From assembly GCA_041489255.1 (NCBI GenBank), contig JBGPQV010000013.1:1-64000 (forward strand): DNA of 64,000 nt, in the 5' to 3' direction. The DNA is from Thermoplasmata archaeon. Its GTDB lineage: Archaea; Thermoplasmatota; Thermoplasmata; RBG-16-68-12; JAFNFQ01. Below, in pieces: positions 19,763 through 30,092 of the stretch. How positions within the stretch are numbered: position 1 is the stretch's first letter; every line of letters begins with the position of its first letter. The notes below the pieces were generated by a model. That model was not told where the DNA came from. It made no database searches and saw only the letters and a program-made list of their open reading frames with translations. The position numbers and the translations under genes were made by a program.

Positions 19763-20923
19763 GTGAAGGTGGGAGGTCGAAAGAGAGTGTCCCCCGCTAG
19801 AGTCCCCCCGCTGTACATCCAGCACGGTTGGCGAGATGGCGTGCGATCGATATTCGCAACCCGCCAAAGAAATGGGCTCCCGCCGAACACTGCGGATTTC
19901 TTTGGTCAGAACGCTGTCCCTTTGGATAGTGGCAGGAGTGCGTTAACCGCCGCCCTCAGCGTCCTCCCCTTACCGAAGAAGGCGCGCATAGGAGTGCCCG
20001 TCTACACGTGTTCCGCCGTCTTCGATGCAATCGCAGCGGCTGGCCACATTCCCGTTTTCCTCGACATTGAACTCGATTACTATACAATCGACCCTGCGCC
20101 CCTGGCGAAAATCAATGACGGGCTGGACGCCCTGGTCGCAGTGCACACATTCGGCCATCCGTTCGACTTCGACGCCGTTCGAACGGCATGTGGGGATATC
20201 CCGATTATCGAGGACTGCGCGCATGCCATGACGGCGGAGTATAAAGGGAAAAGGATCGGCTCACTCGGGGATGCTGCAATCTACAGCCTCAGGCCGGGGA
20301 AGCTCCTCGGTTCGGGCGGTGGCGGCATGCTCGTTCTTCGAAACCCGGATTTGGCCAAAGAATCCTCGCTCGAATCGAAGATGAGTCATTCGTCTCGGGG
20401 GCGACTCTTCATCCACTATCTGCAGGCGATGGCCGGTGGCATGCTCGACAGGTCGCTCTCCGCGCTCGACTCCCGCCCCGATTCCAGTCGTGTGAAGATA
20501 AGGCGCATGACGCTCGGTGACCTCGCGTTGTTAGAGCGAAGACTCCCGTTGCTGCCCTCGATTGTGGCTGCGCACCGCAGGAACGCATCCGCTCTGTTGA
20601 ACGTCTTGAAGGGCAGTGCGTTCCACTTGCCCCTCGCCCATCGCGAGGTTACTCATGACTACTATCTCTTCGCCTTGAGGCTCCGTTCAGAGGATGACCG
20701 AGCTAGGGTGCAGGCGAGACTCCAGAGGGCAGGGATAGGCGCTTTCCAGTTGTACCGGGTGGCCCTTGAAAAGGCAAGAGAGTATGGCTATCGCGGTGAG
20801 TGTCCGAATGCGGAGCTAGCCGCCAGGAACGTCGTGATGCTACCTGTGCATCCAAAGGTCTCGGAAGGTGCCATCACGGTGATGAGCGATCAACTCATCC
20901 AATTCAGGGACGTGGATAGATGA
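19763..20923 (+). CDS. DegT/DnrJ/EryC1/StrS PLP-dependent sugar aminotransferase
   Basis: SGRSAL, VHTFG, IIEDCAHA, YSLRPGK (PLP lysine), LPVHP. Confidence 0.9.
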   Translation: MKVGGRKRVSPARVPPLYIQHGWRDGVRSIFATRQRNGLPPNTADFFGQNAVPLDSGRSALTAALSVLPLPKKARIGVPVYTCSAVFDAIAAAGHIPVFLDIELDYYTIDPAPLAKINDGLDALVAVHTFGHPFDFDAVRTACGDIPIIEDCAHAMTAEYKGKRIGSLGDAAIYSLRPGKLLGSGGGGMLVLRNPDLAKESSLESKMSHSSRGRLFIHYLQAMAGGMLDRSLSALDSRPDSSRVKIRRMTLGDLALLERRLPLLPSIVAAHRRNASALLNVLKGSAFHLPLAHREVTHDYYLFALRLRSEDDRARVQARLQRAGIGAFQLYRVALEKAREYGYRGECPNAELAARNVVMLPVHPKVSEGAITVMSDQLIQFRDVDR

Positions 20924-21924
20924 TATCCAACGAACCCCCCTCGGCGAAAGAATGGAGGGAACTTCTGGCGGAAGCCGCGTACCCTTCCGTCTATCAGACG
21001 CCTGAGATGCATGGCGTGTATCGGGCGACTCCCACGTACAAGCCGATAATGGCGGTGTCGACGGACAATTCTGGCGGTCTGGAGGGGCTGTTGTCAGGGG
21101 CGACGATAAGACTCGGCACGGATTTCCCATATCGCCTCGTTGTATATTCGACCGCTAGGGGCGGTCCTCTGCTGCGAAGGTCCATCGATGATCGCATTGC
21201 CGTATCAATAATGAACAAGTATGCAAAATTAGCCAAATCCTCTGGCGCGATCTACACTAGGATGTATCGCTCGCCCGGGCAGACTCCGATTACCCTCCCG
21301 GCTGAGGGGAATCGTTTGAAGTTCGAGAATGCCTTCGACTTCGTCATCGATTTGAACCTCACTGTCGATGAGCTGTTGGCCAATCTTGACAAGGGTAGAC
21401 GGAAGAACATTAGGGCGGTGGAGAAGACCGGCGCGACGGTGAAGGTCGCGAACGACACTTCAGGTCTGCAGACGTTGAAAAGGCTCTATGCCACAGTGGC
21501 GTCGGAGGCGGGTCTCGTGCCGTACCCGGAGCACTTCCTTGAGGCAGCGTTCAAGAACCTCGTCCAAGAAGGGATCGCGTCCATCTTCATCTGCGAGGTC
21601 AACGGTTCCCCGCTGGCGGCGCGGTGGATGTTGCACTACGGAGGGCGCGCGATCGACTGGATTGCTGGAGCCTCGCTGGAAGCCACCCAGACCCACGCGA
21701 ACGAGTTCCTCGTGTGGGAGATGATCCGCTGGTGCAAAGAAAAAGGTGTGAAAGCTTACGACTTCGGCGGCGCGGGGACGGGGACGAACCTCCCTGGCAT
21801 CGCAGAGTTCAAGAGACGCTTCGGTGGTGAGTTGGTGAACCATGGGCGCTATCTGGTCGTCCATAGGAAGTTCCGCTGGTGGCTCTTCGAGAGAATGGCC
21901 GCGAGGCGCAGAAAGCGCGTCTGA
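20920..21924 (+). CDS. FemAB-like GNAT (lipid II/glycan acyl- or aminoacyltransferase-like)
   Basis: YQTPE, RRKNIR, ANEFLVWEMIRW..YDFGG..FKRRFGG. Confidence 0.85.
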   Translation: MISNEPPSAKEWRELLAEAAYPSVYQTPEMHGVYRATPTYKPIMAVSTDNSGGLEGLLSGATIRLGTDFPYRLVVYSTARGGPLLRRSIDDRIAVSIMNKYAKLAKSSGAIYTRMYRSPGQTPITLPAEGNRLKFENAFDFVIDLNLTVDELLANLDKGRRKNIRAVEKTGATVKVANDTSGLQTLKRLYATVASEAGLVPYPEHFLEAAFKNLVQEGIASIFICEVNGSPLAARWMLHYGGRAIDWIAGASLEATQTHANEFLVWEMIRWCKEKGVKAYDFGGAGTGTNLPGIAEFKRRFGGELVNHGRYLVVHRKFRWWLFERMAARRRKRV

Positions 21925-22002
21925 GTATGATGTTCGCCATCCCTCATCCGGCCCACATACAACCAGCGGCGGTCTGGATTGCATATTCCAGTGAGTACTT
22001 AA

Positions 22003-22084
22003 CCAGACTCGCGGAAGCGATAGGGGTCTGCGAGGCTTTTTATATCCTACCTAGGGGTTTGTTATACCGAGCTGCATGGACTTC
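22003..22084 (+). repeat. Copy 2 of duplicated promoter segment (archaeosortase promoter)
   Basis: 30-bp identity with 19587-19616; TTTTTATA about 30 nt upstream of ATG 22076. Confidence 0.85.
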
Positions 22085-23266
22085 TCGGAATTGCAGGTGC
22101 TCCTGCGTCGCCATAGGAACGTCGTCGTCTTCGCTGCATTCATCCTCCTAGTGGCGGGACTCGACCTTCTCCTGAGTCCTCCGATCGAGGGGCGCATAGA
22201 GATACTGTCCCTGCCGTTCTTGGCGAGCGCCGCCTTCCTTTTCGCCATCGTCTTCTGGCCGACGAAGGTCGGCGTGCCGGCGGAGGCACCGCCGTCAAAT
22301 ACCCTGGCGCACCGCTTCCTGAAGAAGGTGACCTTTGGATGGCGGTTGGTGTCGCTCTTCCCTTTGGCGGGCATCGTTATCATAGCTCTGGATGTAATGT
22401 ATAATTTCCTCATCGCCGACTTCCCGGTTCTCCAGATCCACGACACGGTCACAATCATGTTCAGTGTGTCCCTCATGGCCTACCCTTTCGTGCCGCAGAA
22501 GTTCGACCGCGAGAGGGACTTCGTCCTTTTCTTCTTCATGATCCTTGTCCTCATGCTCGTCATCCCGCTTCTTCTGTTTCGCATCATCCAGGGCAACTAC
22601 CAGGAGGGAGTGAACGGCTATTCTTCGACGTTGCTTGCTCCGCAGCTGCAATGGGTCCTAAATCTGCTCGGGGTCAAGGCCAGCATCGTCCAAAGCCTGT
22701 CCGGTTCAGCTCCAACCATCGAGTTCATCACTCAGAACGGGGCAACCATCTCAGTCCAAATCACGACATCATGCTCGGGCATCTACAGCTTCTCAATTTT
22801 CGCGGCAGCTTTCACCGCTTTCATACTGACCGAGTTCGAGAAGACGAATTGGCGGGTATGGTCCCTGCTAGTCATGGGCTTCGTAGCATCGTACATGGCC
22901 AACATCCTCAGAATGACCGTGATAGTGTTGGCTGGCTACTTTGGGAATACGTCGGCGGATGCGGAGCAGTCGATGCTGATTGCTCATTCGAACGCCGGTT
23001 GGCTGATCTTCCTCGGATGGATCAGCCTCTTCTGGCTGCTGATGTACAGATTCCTATTCCCCCGGAAAAAGCGAACCGAGACAATTGAGAAAAGAGAATT
23101 CTCGTCCTGTCCGCTATGCGGCGAACCTCTCTCTCCCACCGTGCCGGGCTTCAAGTGCGACTGTGGCAAGATGTACCACTTATCGTGCATCCAGCAGAAC
23201 GGGCAGTGTCCCGCATGCAACAAGGCGATAGCCATGATAGGGGTGGCGGGAAAGACGCCCACCTGA
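22076..23266 (+). CDS. Archaeosortase/exosortase family protein with C-terminal RING-like Zn finger
   Basis: Multi-TM protein with catalytic triad motifs SCSGIYS, ANILR, AHS; tail CPLC..CDC..YHLSC..CPAC. Confidence 0.88.
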   Translation: MDFSELQVLLRRHRNVVVFAAFILLVAGLDLLLSPPIEGRIEILSLPFLASAAFLFAIVFWPTKVGVPAEAPPSNTLAHRFLKKVTFGWRLVSLFPLAGIVIIALDVMYNFLIADFPVLQIHDTVTIMFSVSLMAYPFVPQKFDRERDFVLFFFMILVLMLVIPLLLFRIIQGNYQEGVNGYSSTLLAPQLQWVLNLLGVKASIVQSLSGSAPTIEFITQNGATISVQITTSCSGIYSFSIFAAAFTAFILTEFEKTNWRVWSLLVMGFVASYMANILRMTVIVLAGYFGNTSADAEQSMLIAHSNAGWLIFLGWISLFWLLMYRFLFPRKKRTETIEKREFSSCPLCGEPLSPTVPGFKCDCGKMYHLSCIQQNGQCPACNKAIAMIGVAGKTPT

Positions 23267-23281
23267 TGTCGGCGGTTGGAT

Positions 23282-24580
23282 TCAGCCTATGCGTCGATAG
23301 ACGACTCCCTTGGGAAGTTTATTCCTATTCAGCGTTCGGCGACCATCCACGATGACCGGCGTCTTCATCACCGCGAAGTCTTCCCTTCCGAGTTCCCCAT
23401 ACTCTCGCCAAGAGGTCTGGATGATGCAACCATCCGCGCCTCTCAACGCTTCTCTGGCGGTGGAAACCTGTCTAACTGCCAGATTCGTGCCGACCTCTTC
23501 AGCCGATGCGGCGGGGTCGTGGGCCACGACGATGGCACCACGTCTCAATAGCTCGTGGATGATTGGCAAAGCGCGGCTATCCCGAACATCGTCGGTGTCC
23601 GCCTTGAATGCCAGGCCTAGCAGCGCGACATGCTTGCCACCAAGGCTCCTCAGTTCATCCTCGAGGAGATTGACCACGCGCACGGCCTGACGTTCATTGA
23701 ATTCCAGCACCGCCTTCAGCAATGTTGGCTCGTATCCGAGAGACTTCGAAGCCGACACGACAGCTTTTATGTCCTTGGGCAGACAAGGTCCGCCGAAGCC
23801 TGCCCCCGGGACGAGGAACTTGGGATTGATACGCGAATCGAGAGCCACCCCTTCCAGAACCTTGTCTGAGTCGAGTCCGAATGAATCGCAGATGTTCGCG
23901 ATCTCGTTCGCGAACGTCACCTTCGTGGCTAGGAAGGAGTTGGAAGCATACTTCACCATCTCAGCGGTCTTGATGTCGCACCGCCAGGTCATGCGGCCGA
24001 AGCTAGAGTAGAGCTTCTCAAGCATATCCCCCGGCTTCTTCTCGTCGCTGCCTATGACTATGCGGTCGGGCTTGAGCGTGTCCTCAAGGGCGGTCCCCTC
24101 CCTCAGGAACTCAGGGTTCATGCACAGACCGAACGCGCCAGCGGACAGACCGGACTCCTTCATGAGCATCGGCATCACGAGCTTCTCGGTCGTCCCGGGG
24201 ACCACCGTGCTCTTCACCGCCACGAGCGGGAAATCCTTGCGACCCTTGATGGCCCTCCCGACGACTTTGGAGGCATCGATCATAAAGCACGTGTCCATCG
24301 ATCCATCATTGAGTGGCGGGGTACCCACGCAGATGAAATAGAACGCGCTCCCCACGAGGGCGTCGCCGGCGTTGTCCGTCGCGCTGAAGTTGCCCTTCTT
24401 TATCGCCTTCCTGAGCTCCTCGCCGAGGCTCCTCTCGCGGTAGGGCTGCCTGCCGCCGCTGATGGCCTTGACCTTGACGGGGTCAATCTCGTAACACACG
24501 ACGTCGTGTCCAAAGGTCGCGAATGCGACTCCTGTCGCGAGTCCGACCCGGCCGAGTCCGACTATCGAGATTCTCGCCAT
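23282..24580 (-). CDS. ugd: UDP-glucose/GDP-mannose dehydrogenase
   Basis: GLGRVG, CVGTP, KSTVVPGTT, NPEFLREG, GFGGPCLPKD, GLAFK..DVRDS. Confidence 0.93.
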   Translation of the reverse strand: MARISIVGLGRVGLATGVAFATFGHDVVCYEIDPVKVKAISGGRQPYRERSLGEELRKAIKKGNFSATDNAGDALVGSAFYFICVGTPPLNDGSMDTCFMIDASKVVGRAIKGRKDFPLVAVKSTVVPGTTEKLVMPMLMKESGLSAGAFGLCMNPEFLREGTALEDTLKPDRIVIGSDEKKPGDMLEKLYSSFGRMTWRCDIKTAEMVKYASNSFLATKVTFANEIANICDSFGLDSDKVLEGVALDSRINPKFLVPGAGFGGPCLPKDIKAVVSASKSLGYEPTLLKAVLEFNERQAVRVVNLLEDELRSLGGKHVALLGLAFKADTDDVRDSRALPIIHELLRRGAIVVAHDPAASAEEVGTNLAVRQVSTAREALRGADGCIIQTSWREYGELGREDFAVMKTPVIVDGRRTLNRNKLPKGVVYRRIG

Positions 24581-24630
24581 CGACACGTCATCGGGCCGTG
24601 CAAGATAAAAGCTTGCGAGCAGTCATCGGC

Positions 24631-26373
24631 TTACTTTATCTTGCCATTGTTTATCGAATCGCAGAGGTCCTTTACCCTTTCAAGCGAGGGCTTGTCGGTG
24701 TGCGTGAGAATCGTGTTCTCGGTGTCGAGTATCGCACCGCCGACCGTCGTGGCGTTCGTGAGCTTCGGCAGGTCTATCTGCACGGTCGGATCCACGAACC
24801 CGGAGACCACGTTGAGCCATAGGGCGAGCAGCTGCCGCTTCGCCATCCCCATCATATCTCCCTTGTACTCCGCCCAGAGGATGTCGCAGGCCTGCTTTGG
24901 CGTCGTGAGGTTGGAGAACACGGCGGACCGGCTTCTGATCGCGTCGATGAACGACTGGGGCATGCCGACGTGTTCGCCCGAGGGCGAGCTGACATTGCAC
25001 TGATGCTTCCAGTAGCCTATTGTGCGCGGCTCGAACCTGGGCGGGGGCATCTGGTCGAGAACGTACATCTGCCTGTCGCCAGCCCCGAACAGGATCTCCG
25101 CCTTGCCATCCCCGTCGAGGTCAGCGATCCAAGGCTCTCCCCTGACCTTGTATGCGGGGTACAGCCAGTTGATCACGCCCGTCGTCGATTCGAGAGAGAA
25201 AAGGCCGGAGTCCGAGCCGACGAGTATCTCGATGGTCTTGTCCCCATCGATGTCGGCGCTCACAAGAGCTGCCTGCGACCATGTAGTGTTAGGTAGGGTT
25301 GTGTGCCAGAACTCGACGCCGTCTGTCCCCCTGTATGCCACTATCGTGTGCGCCAAGGAATCGCCCTGTATGACATCCAGCATTCCGTCTCCATTGACAT
25401 CCACGAGCGTCGGGCTGTGATAGAAATAGGTCCAATTGGTGTTCGTCCAGAAGACACTGCCATCGCCCCTCAGGACCGTAATGCCGCCAGACACGACGAG
25501 GGAGAAAACGATCTCTGGCTTGCCGTCGCCGTTGAGGTCGCCGATGGCCGGATCCGATGCGACGCCGTACCCGAGCCTCTGTTCCCAGAGTAGCCTGTGC
25601 GTCTTTATCGAATAAGCTCTGGTAACCGCGTGGTTGTCCCATATGACGAAATCTTTCTCTCCATCACCGTCCAAATCAGTGAACGCAGGCGAGGTGCGGA
25701 TGTAGTGTTCGAACGCGGAGCTTTTCCAGAGGATGCTCCCGTCCTTGCCGTTGAACGTATACACGTAGCGGTCGAAGCTGCCGAGGGTCAGGTCGTCAAT
25801 GCCATCGCCATTGACATCGTAGATAATCGGAGAGGAAGAGAAACCCTCCTCCCAGAAGGTCCCATAGTCGGTGTACTTCCATATCAGAGACCCGTTGAGC
25901 GCGTTCAGTACGTAGAGGTTGAGTCCCCCCGTCGGCTGGTGAGCACCTTCTTCGGCGATGACCTCAGGTAGGCCATCGTGGTTCAGGTCGGAAATCGCGG
26001 CAGGACCTAGGTCGTACTTGCCTTCGAACCTCCATAGAATATGTCCGTCGCTATCCAGAGCATATAGGAACCTCGGGTTTGATCCGGTCGCGACCTCACC
26101 GAAGTAGACTTCTTTCTTCCCGTCCCTGTTGACATCGAGAGCGAGGGCGCCTGTGGCCAATGTCCCGTTGACCGTGAACGTCCATCGCACGTGCGGAACG
26201 ACGATGTTGCCGATCTCCGGTGAGAATCCAGTGCGGTTCCAGTCAAACCTCTCGATCGCTTGGCCCATCGGAGGCACAATCGGTCCGGGCGCGTGTTTCT
26301 GCACCGCGGCAGGCGTCGCGTTTAGGACTGAGAATATAGCGAGACACACTAAAGCAACTTTGAATACTGCCAA
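24631..26373 (-). CDS. Secreted FG-GAP/PQQ-like beta-propeller protein
   Basis: Signal peptide; 7 repeats of P.h.DhNGDG..Eh; C-terminal TIGYWKH helical domain. Confidence 0.85.
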   Translation of the reverse strand: MAVFKVALVCLAIFSVLNATPAAVQKHAPGPIVPPMGQAIERFDWNRTGFSPEIGNIVVPHVRWTFTVNGTLATGALALDVNRDGKKEVYFGEVATGSNPRFLYALDSDGHILWRFEGKYDLGPAAISDLNHDGLPEVIAEEGAHQPTGGLNLYVLNALNGSLIWKYTDYGTFWEEGFSSSPIIYDVNGDGIDDLTLGSFDRYVYTFNGKDGSILWKSSAFEHYIRTSPAFTDLDGDGEKDFVIWDNHAVTRAYSIKTHRLLWEQRLGYGVASDPAIGDLNGDGKPEIVFSLVVSGGITVLRGDGSVFWTNTNWTYFYHSPTLVDVNGDGMLDVIQGDSLAHTIVAYRGTDGVEFWHTTLPNTTWSQAALVSADIDGDKTIEILVGSDSGLFSLESTTGVINWLYPAYKVRGEPWIADLDGDGKAEILFGAGDRQMYVLDQMPPPRFEPRTIGYWKHQCNVSSPSGEHVGMPQSFIDAIRSRSAVFSNLTTPKQACDILWAEYKGDMMGMAKRQLLALWLNVVSGFVDPTVQIDLPKLTNATTVGGAILDTENTILTHTDKPSLERVKDLCDSINNGKIK

Positions 26374-26684
26374 ACTCTCCCCAACTGGATTATATTGAAG
26401 CAGCGGCTATATTAAGCTTGACACTGCCGAGGGTGGGCAGTCCAGTGTTATCAGAATCGACAACATCATTTCCGTGGTTCTCGACGCTTTGTCGCATTCC
26501 ATATTCGATGTAATCTGGATTGGTGGCGAAGTTATCACGAAGTCTCGGTACCGCGGTTCTCCGCAACCGTTAAAAGGACTGTAGCGACTCAGCCGCTCAG
26601 TGGACACTCCTATGTGCCAACAAGATATGGATTCAGACCAGATGGTGTCGGTCTCCCGCGCCACCGCCAAAAGGGAGCATTATC

Positions 26685-27674
26685 ATGGCGGATAGACCCC
26701 GTGTTCTATTCGTGCACATAAGCCCAAATCATCCGAGTTTCATCCAAAGAGATCTAGATATTCTGTCGGGGCATTTCGACGTCCGTGAAGTGTTCTATGG
26801 CTCTAGGCGGAACATCTGGGCAGTGGCGAAGGGGACGCTTTGGGCGGATATCACGTTTAGCTGGTTCGCTTGGGATCAAGCTGCCTGGGCAACGCGCTTC
26901 TCAAGAATCCTCGGTCGCAAATCTATAGTGGTGGTCGGCGGATTCGATGTCGTCGGCATGCCGGAGATTTCGTACGGCAATCTGCTCAGCCGCAACTCGA
27001 CTCGCAGGACCAGATATGCAATCAATCACGCAGACCGTGCATTGGCAATCTCGCAATCGTTGAAGGCTGACGCGGATCGTCTCACCGGCCGCAAGGACAT
27101 CGAGGTGGTCTACTTGGGATTTGACGCCGATCAATTCAGGCCATCTGGATCCAAGGGGCGTGTCGCTCTCACGGTGGGCGCCTTGAACCGTTCCAATCTA
27201 CAGAGGAAAGGTCTTGATACATTCATCAAAGCGGCAGCACACGCGCCCGACATCGAATTCAGGCTTGTGGGAAAAGTCGAGCCAGAGATGCGTCGGGATA
27301 TCACGGATCATTCCTCGAAGAATCTCCACATTCTAGGGGAGGTAGATTTCGGGAGGCTCTTGTCCGAGATGCAGGGAGCCTCCACCTATATTCAGCCCTC
27401 AGCACACGAGGGGTTTGGTTGCTCGCTGGCAGAGGCCATGCTATGCGAGTGCGTCCCAGTCGTCAGCAATCGTGGCGCAATACCTGAAGTCGTCGGCGAC
27501 ACAGGAATCTATGTACCTCCGGGAGATCCAAAGGAAGTTGCGAATGGCATCGGGAGGGCTATGAATTCTCCACAGCTTGGCATTCGCGCAAGAGAAAGAA
27601 TAGCGCAGCTCTTTCCTCTGGAGAACAGAAAAAAAAGGCTGGTGGAGATTGTGACGGAGGCAATCTCTGCATGA
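26685..27674 (+). CDS. Glycosyltransferase family 4
   Basis: RKGLDTF, PSAHEGFGCSLAEAMLC (EX7E). Confidence 0.92.
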   Translation: MADRPRVLFVHISPNHPSFIQRDLDILSGHFDVREVFYGSRRNIWAVAKGTLWADITFSWFAWDQAAWATRFSRILGRKSIVVVGGFDVVGMPEISYGNLLSRNSTRRTRYAINHADRALAISQSLKADADRLTGRKDIEVVYLGFDADQFRPSGSKGRVALTVGALNRSNLQRKGLDTFIKAAAHAPDIEFRLVGKVEPEMRRDITDHSSKNLHILGEVDFGRLLSEMQGASTYIQPSAHEGFGCSLAEAMLCECVPVVSNRGAIPEVVGDTGIYVPPGDPKEVANGIGRAMNSPQLGIRARERIAQLFPLENRKKRLVEIVTEAISA

Positions 27675-28843
27675 TCGTGGCTCACTGGAACATGAGGTTT
27701 TTCCCTCTGGTGGGTGGTATTGAAACGCACATAGCAAGCTTGATTCGCAACATGCCAGATGTGCAGTTCTGCGTAGTCACCAATGCCCTGAAAGGCGAGT
27801 CTCTGAAATCTGAATTCTCGGAAAATGCAGGCATCCATCGGTTTCGACCTTATGACCCAATGCGCGCGCGAAAGACACATTGGGGAAGCAAGGTTCTTCT
27901 TGCTCCATCATCAGCGGCCGAAATTCTCCGGACTCTCAGACAACGACTATACATCAAGAAAAGGAAGCCCGACCTCGTACACCTGCACGACATAGATAGA
28001 AACACGATTGAGATACTCAGACGTTTCGGCTCGCCAAAGCGGTTCGTCCAATTGTTCAACAGTATGTTCAAGCCGGATGATCTCCACATTCCATTTCTTC
28101 TCACGAAGCATTTCGATACGATGCTGATCCCAGATTCGCCTTGGGCTGCGTGGGAGAAATCATTCACATTGCAGTATCAAAATGTCATAGTCTTGAGCAA
28201 AACGAGGGAGGAATTCTGGAGGAGGGAATTCGAGGAGCGTGGAATCGAGGCCAATATCTGGTATGTTCCAAACGGTGTGGATCTGGACATCTTCAGCCCC
28301 GTCAAAGTCAGAGCAGACCGTCCCTTCACCGTGGGATACGCTGGGCGGCTCGACGTATACAAAGGCGAATCACTATTGGCGGAAATTCTGGAGCATCTTC
28401 CGGAGGGCGTGAATTTCCATGGGGCGATTTCAGCTCGTGAAAGAATCCCTTCATGGCTGACCAATCTTCCAGCAGACAGGTTCAAGGTGAGCTATAATAT
28501 CCCATACAATCTGATGCCAGATTTCTACAGGTCGCTTGACTTGGTCATGAACACGACGATAATAAGAACGACCGATCGCGCAATTCTCGAGGCTATGGCT
28601 TGCGGGACGCCTTTAATCAAGGTTCGCACAGGCGACGATTCTCCCGTTATCGATAGAGAGACGGGGATGCTGCTTGCCCCGAGAGCGCGGGATTTCAATG
28701 ATGCGATTGACTCTCTGCGCTCAGATCGACAGTCCTTGGAGAGATTGTCACGAAACGCCCATGAGGCCGTGGCGAACAGCTTTGATGCAAAGGCAATTGC
28801 CTGCAAGGTGAGGGACATCTATCAGACGCTGGCGGGGCAGTAA
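27671..28843 (+). CDS. Glycosyltransferase family 4
   Basis: GGIETH, VPNGVD, YAGRL..KG, LEAMACG. Confidence 0.88.
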   Translation: MIVAHWNMRFFPLVGGIETHIASLIRNMPDVQFCVVTNALKGESLKSEFSENAGIHRFRPYDPMRARKTHWGSKVLLAPSSAAEILRTLRQRLYIKKRKPDLVHLHDIDRNTIEILRRFGSPKRFVQLFNSMFKPDDLHIPFLLTKHFDTMLIPDSPWAAWEKSFTLQYQNVIVLSKTREEFWRREFEERGIEANIWYVPNGVDLDIFSPVKVRADRPFTVGYAGRLDVYKGESLLAEILEHLPEGVNFHGAISARERIPSWLTNLPADRFKVSYNIPYNLMPDFYRSLDLVMNTTIIRTTDRAILEAMACGTPLIKVRTGDDSPVIDRETGMLLAPRARDFNDAIDSLRSDRQSLERLSRNAHEAVANSFDAKAIACKVRDIYQTLAGQ

Positions 28844-28913
28844 CATCGTTGGCATGGCGATTCCATCATGCTTGGATGAGACTTGACAAGCTTGGGCTGG
28901 TCGCCAAGTTGCA

Positions 28914-30092
28914 TCAGAATTCAAGCTTGCGCGCCGAGAGTCTTTCCTCGACAAGCTTCATCATGGTTTCGAATCGACTGTCCCAGGAGTTCTTCGAAGC
29001 CATGGTCTGCCTGGCCTGAACGAGACCGGAATCGTGTTCTTTCAAAGCCGCGTCGATGGCTTTCTCGAAATCGTCTGGGTTGTCTGCAATCCTTATCAAT
29101 TGAGCGAATCTCGTGACTTCGGGTAGCCCTGTCGAGACTATCGGTTTCCCCGTCGCCATGTACTCATACATCTTGATTGGGTTCACGCTTTCCGTGAGTT
29201 CGTTGCGTTGGAAGGGCATGATGCACACATCGAATTGACTGACGTAGCGTGGGAGCACCTCGTAGGAGACCTTGCCGAGAAAGCGTACATTGGGGACTTG
29301 CGGTTTCCGGATCGACTTTCCGACGGGCCCGACGAAGACGAATGACCAGTCTGGTCTTCTCCTTGCTATCGCCTCGACCATGTCCAACGCTATCCAAGTG
29401 AAGACTCCCCCCGAGAATCCTATCATGGGGTGAGGCACCTGCTCCAGCTCGACAGGAACTCTTGGGCTGCTGGCAGCCTCCTTGAAATGTTCATAATCGG
29501 CGCCATTCGGGACTAGGTAAGTGTTGGGGTTGATCCGCTTCTTGGCGTGATATAATCGCTCAGAAGTCGTGAAGACAAGATCGCTGATTGCGACGAGGTG
29601 CTTCTCTTTCTCGACGACTTCCCCGTAAGAATGCGATAGTTCGGCCCAATCATCCACGCAGTCGTAGACAACCAGTCTTGTCTTGCCTGGGCGGTTGAAC
29701 ATGGCACCATCGAAATGGTAGCACCATAGCAAATGGTTCTGAATGCCCAGTCTTCTGCTCACGTTATCGACTGTGTGCTTGACTAGATAGTTGTTGAACG
29801 TCCTCAAGGGCCTAATTGTTCGATCGAGGGGGAACGCCTTCGTGAGAGTGAGTGCTGACAATGTTGGAGAGACCCGTTGGAGGCGGGTTCTTGCGAAGCC
29901 TAGCACAACCTCGTAGCCCGCAGGTCGTGGCGGGTCGACAAAAAGGACCTGAGCCTGATTGGCATACCTTCGCATGATATGGTTCGGTCGGTGCGTAAGG
30001 AAGCTCCATTCTGTACTGGAGATGCAGACGGCAGGGAGGTCTTCACTCGACGGCTTCTTCGGCCGAGCGTTCGAGGCACTGGCGGCGCTCAC
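28914..30092 (-). CDS. GT-B glycosyltransferase (TuaH/GumK-like)
   Basis: HRPNH, YDCVDDW, VPNGAD, NPIKMYEYMATGKP. Confidence 0.88.
   Translation of the reverse strand: MSAASASNARPKKPSSEDLPAVCISSTEWSFLTHRPNHIMRRYANQAQVLFVDPPRPAGYEVVLGFARTRLQRVSPTLSALTLTKAFPLDRTIRPLRTFNNYLVKHTVDNVSRRLGIQNHLLWCYHFDGAMFNRPGKTRLVVYDCVDDWAELSHSYGEVVEKEKHLVAISDLVFTTSERLYHAKKRINPNTYLVPNGADYEHFKEAASSPRVPVELEQVPHPMIGFSGGVFTWIALDMVEAIARRRPDWSFVFVGPVGKSIRKPQVPNVRFLGKVSYEVLPRYVSQFDVCIMPFQRNELTESVNPIKMYEYMATGKPIVSTGLPEVTRFAQLIRIADNPDDFEKAIDAALKEHDSGLVQARQTMASKNSWDSRFETMMKLVEERLSARKLEF

Noticed and set aside
26407-26670. Small ORFs at 26407-26670 and 32608-32808 in the glycosylation island
   Set aside because: No motifs and atypical composition; cannot be distinguished from intergenic DNA or relics.
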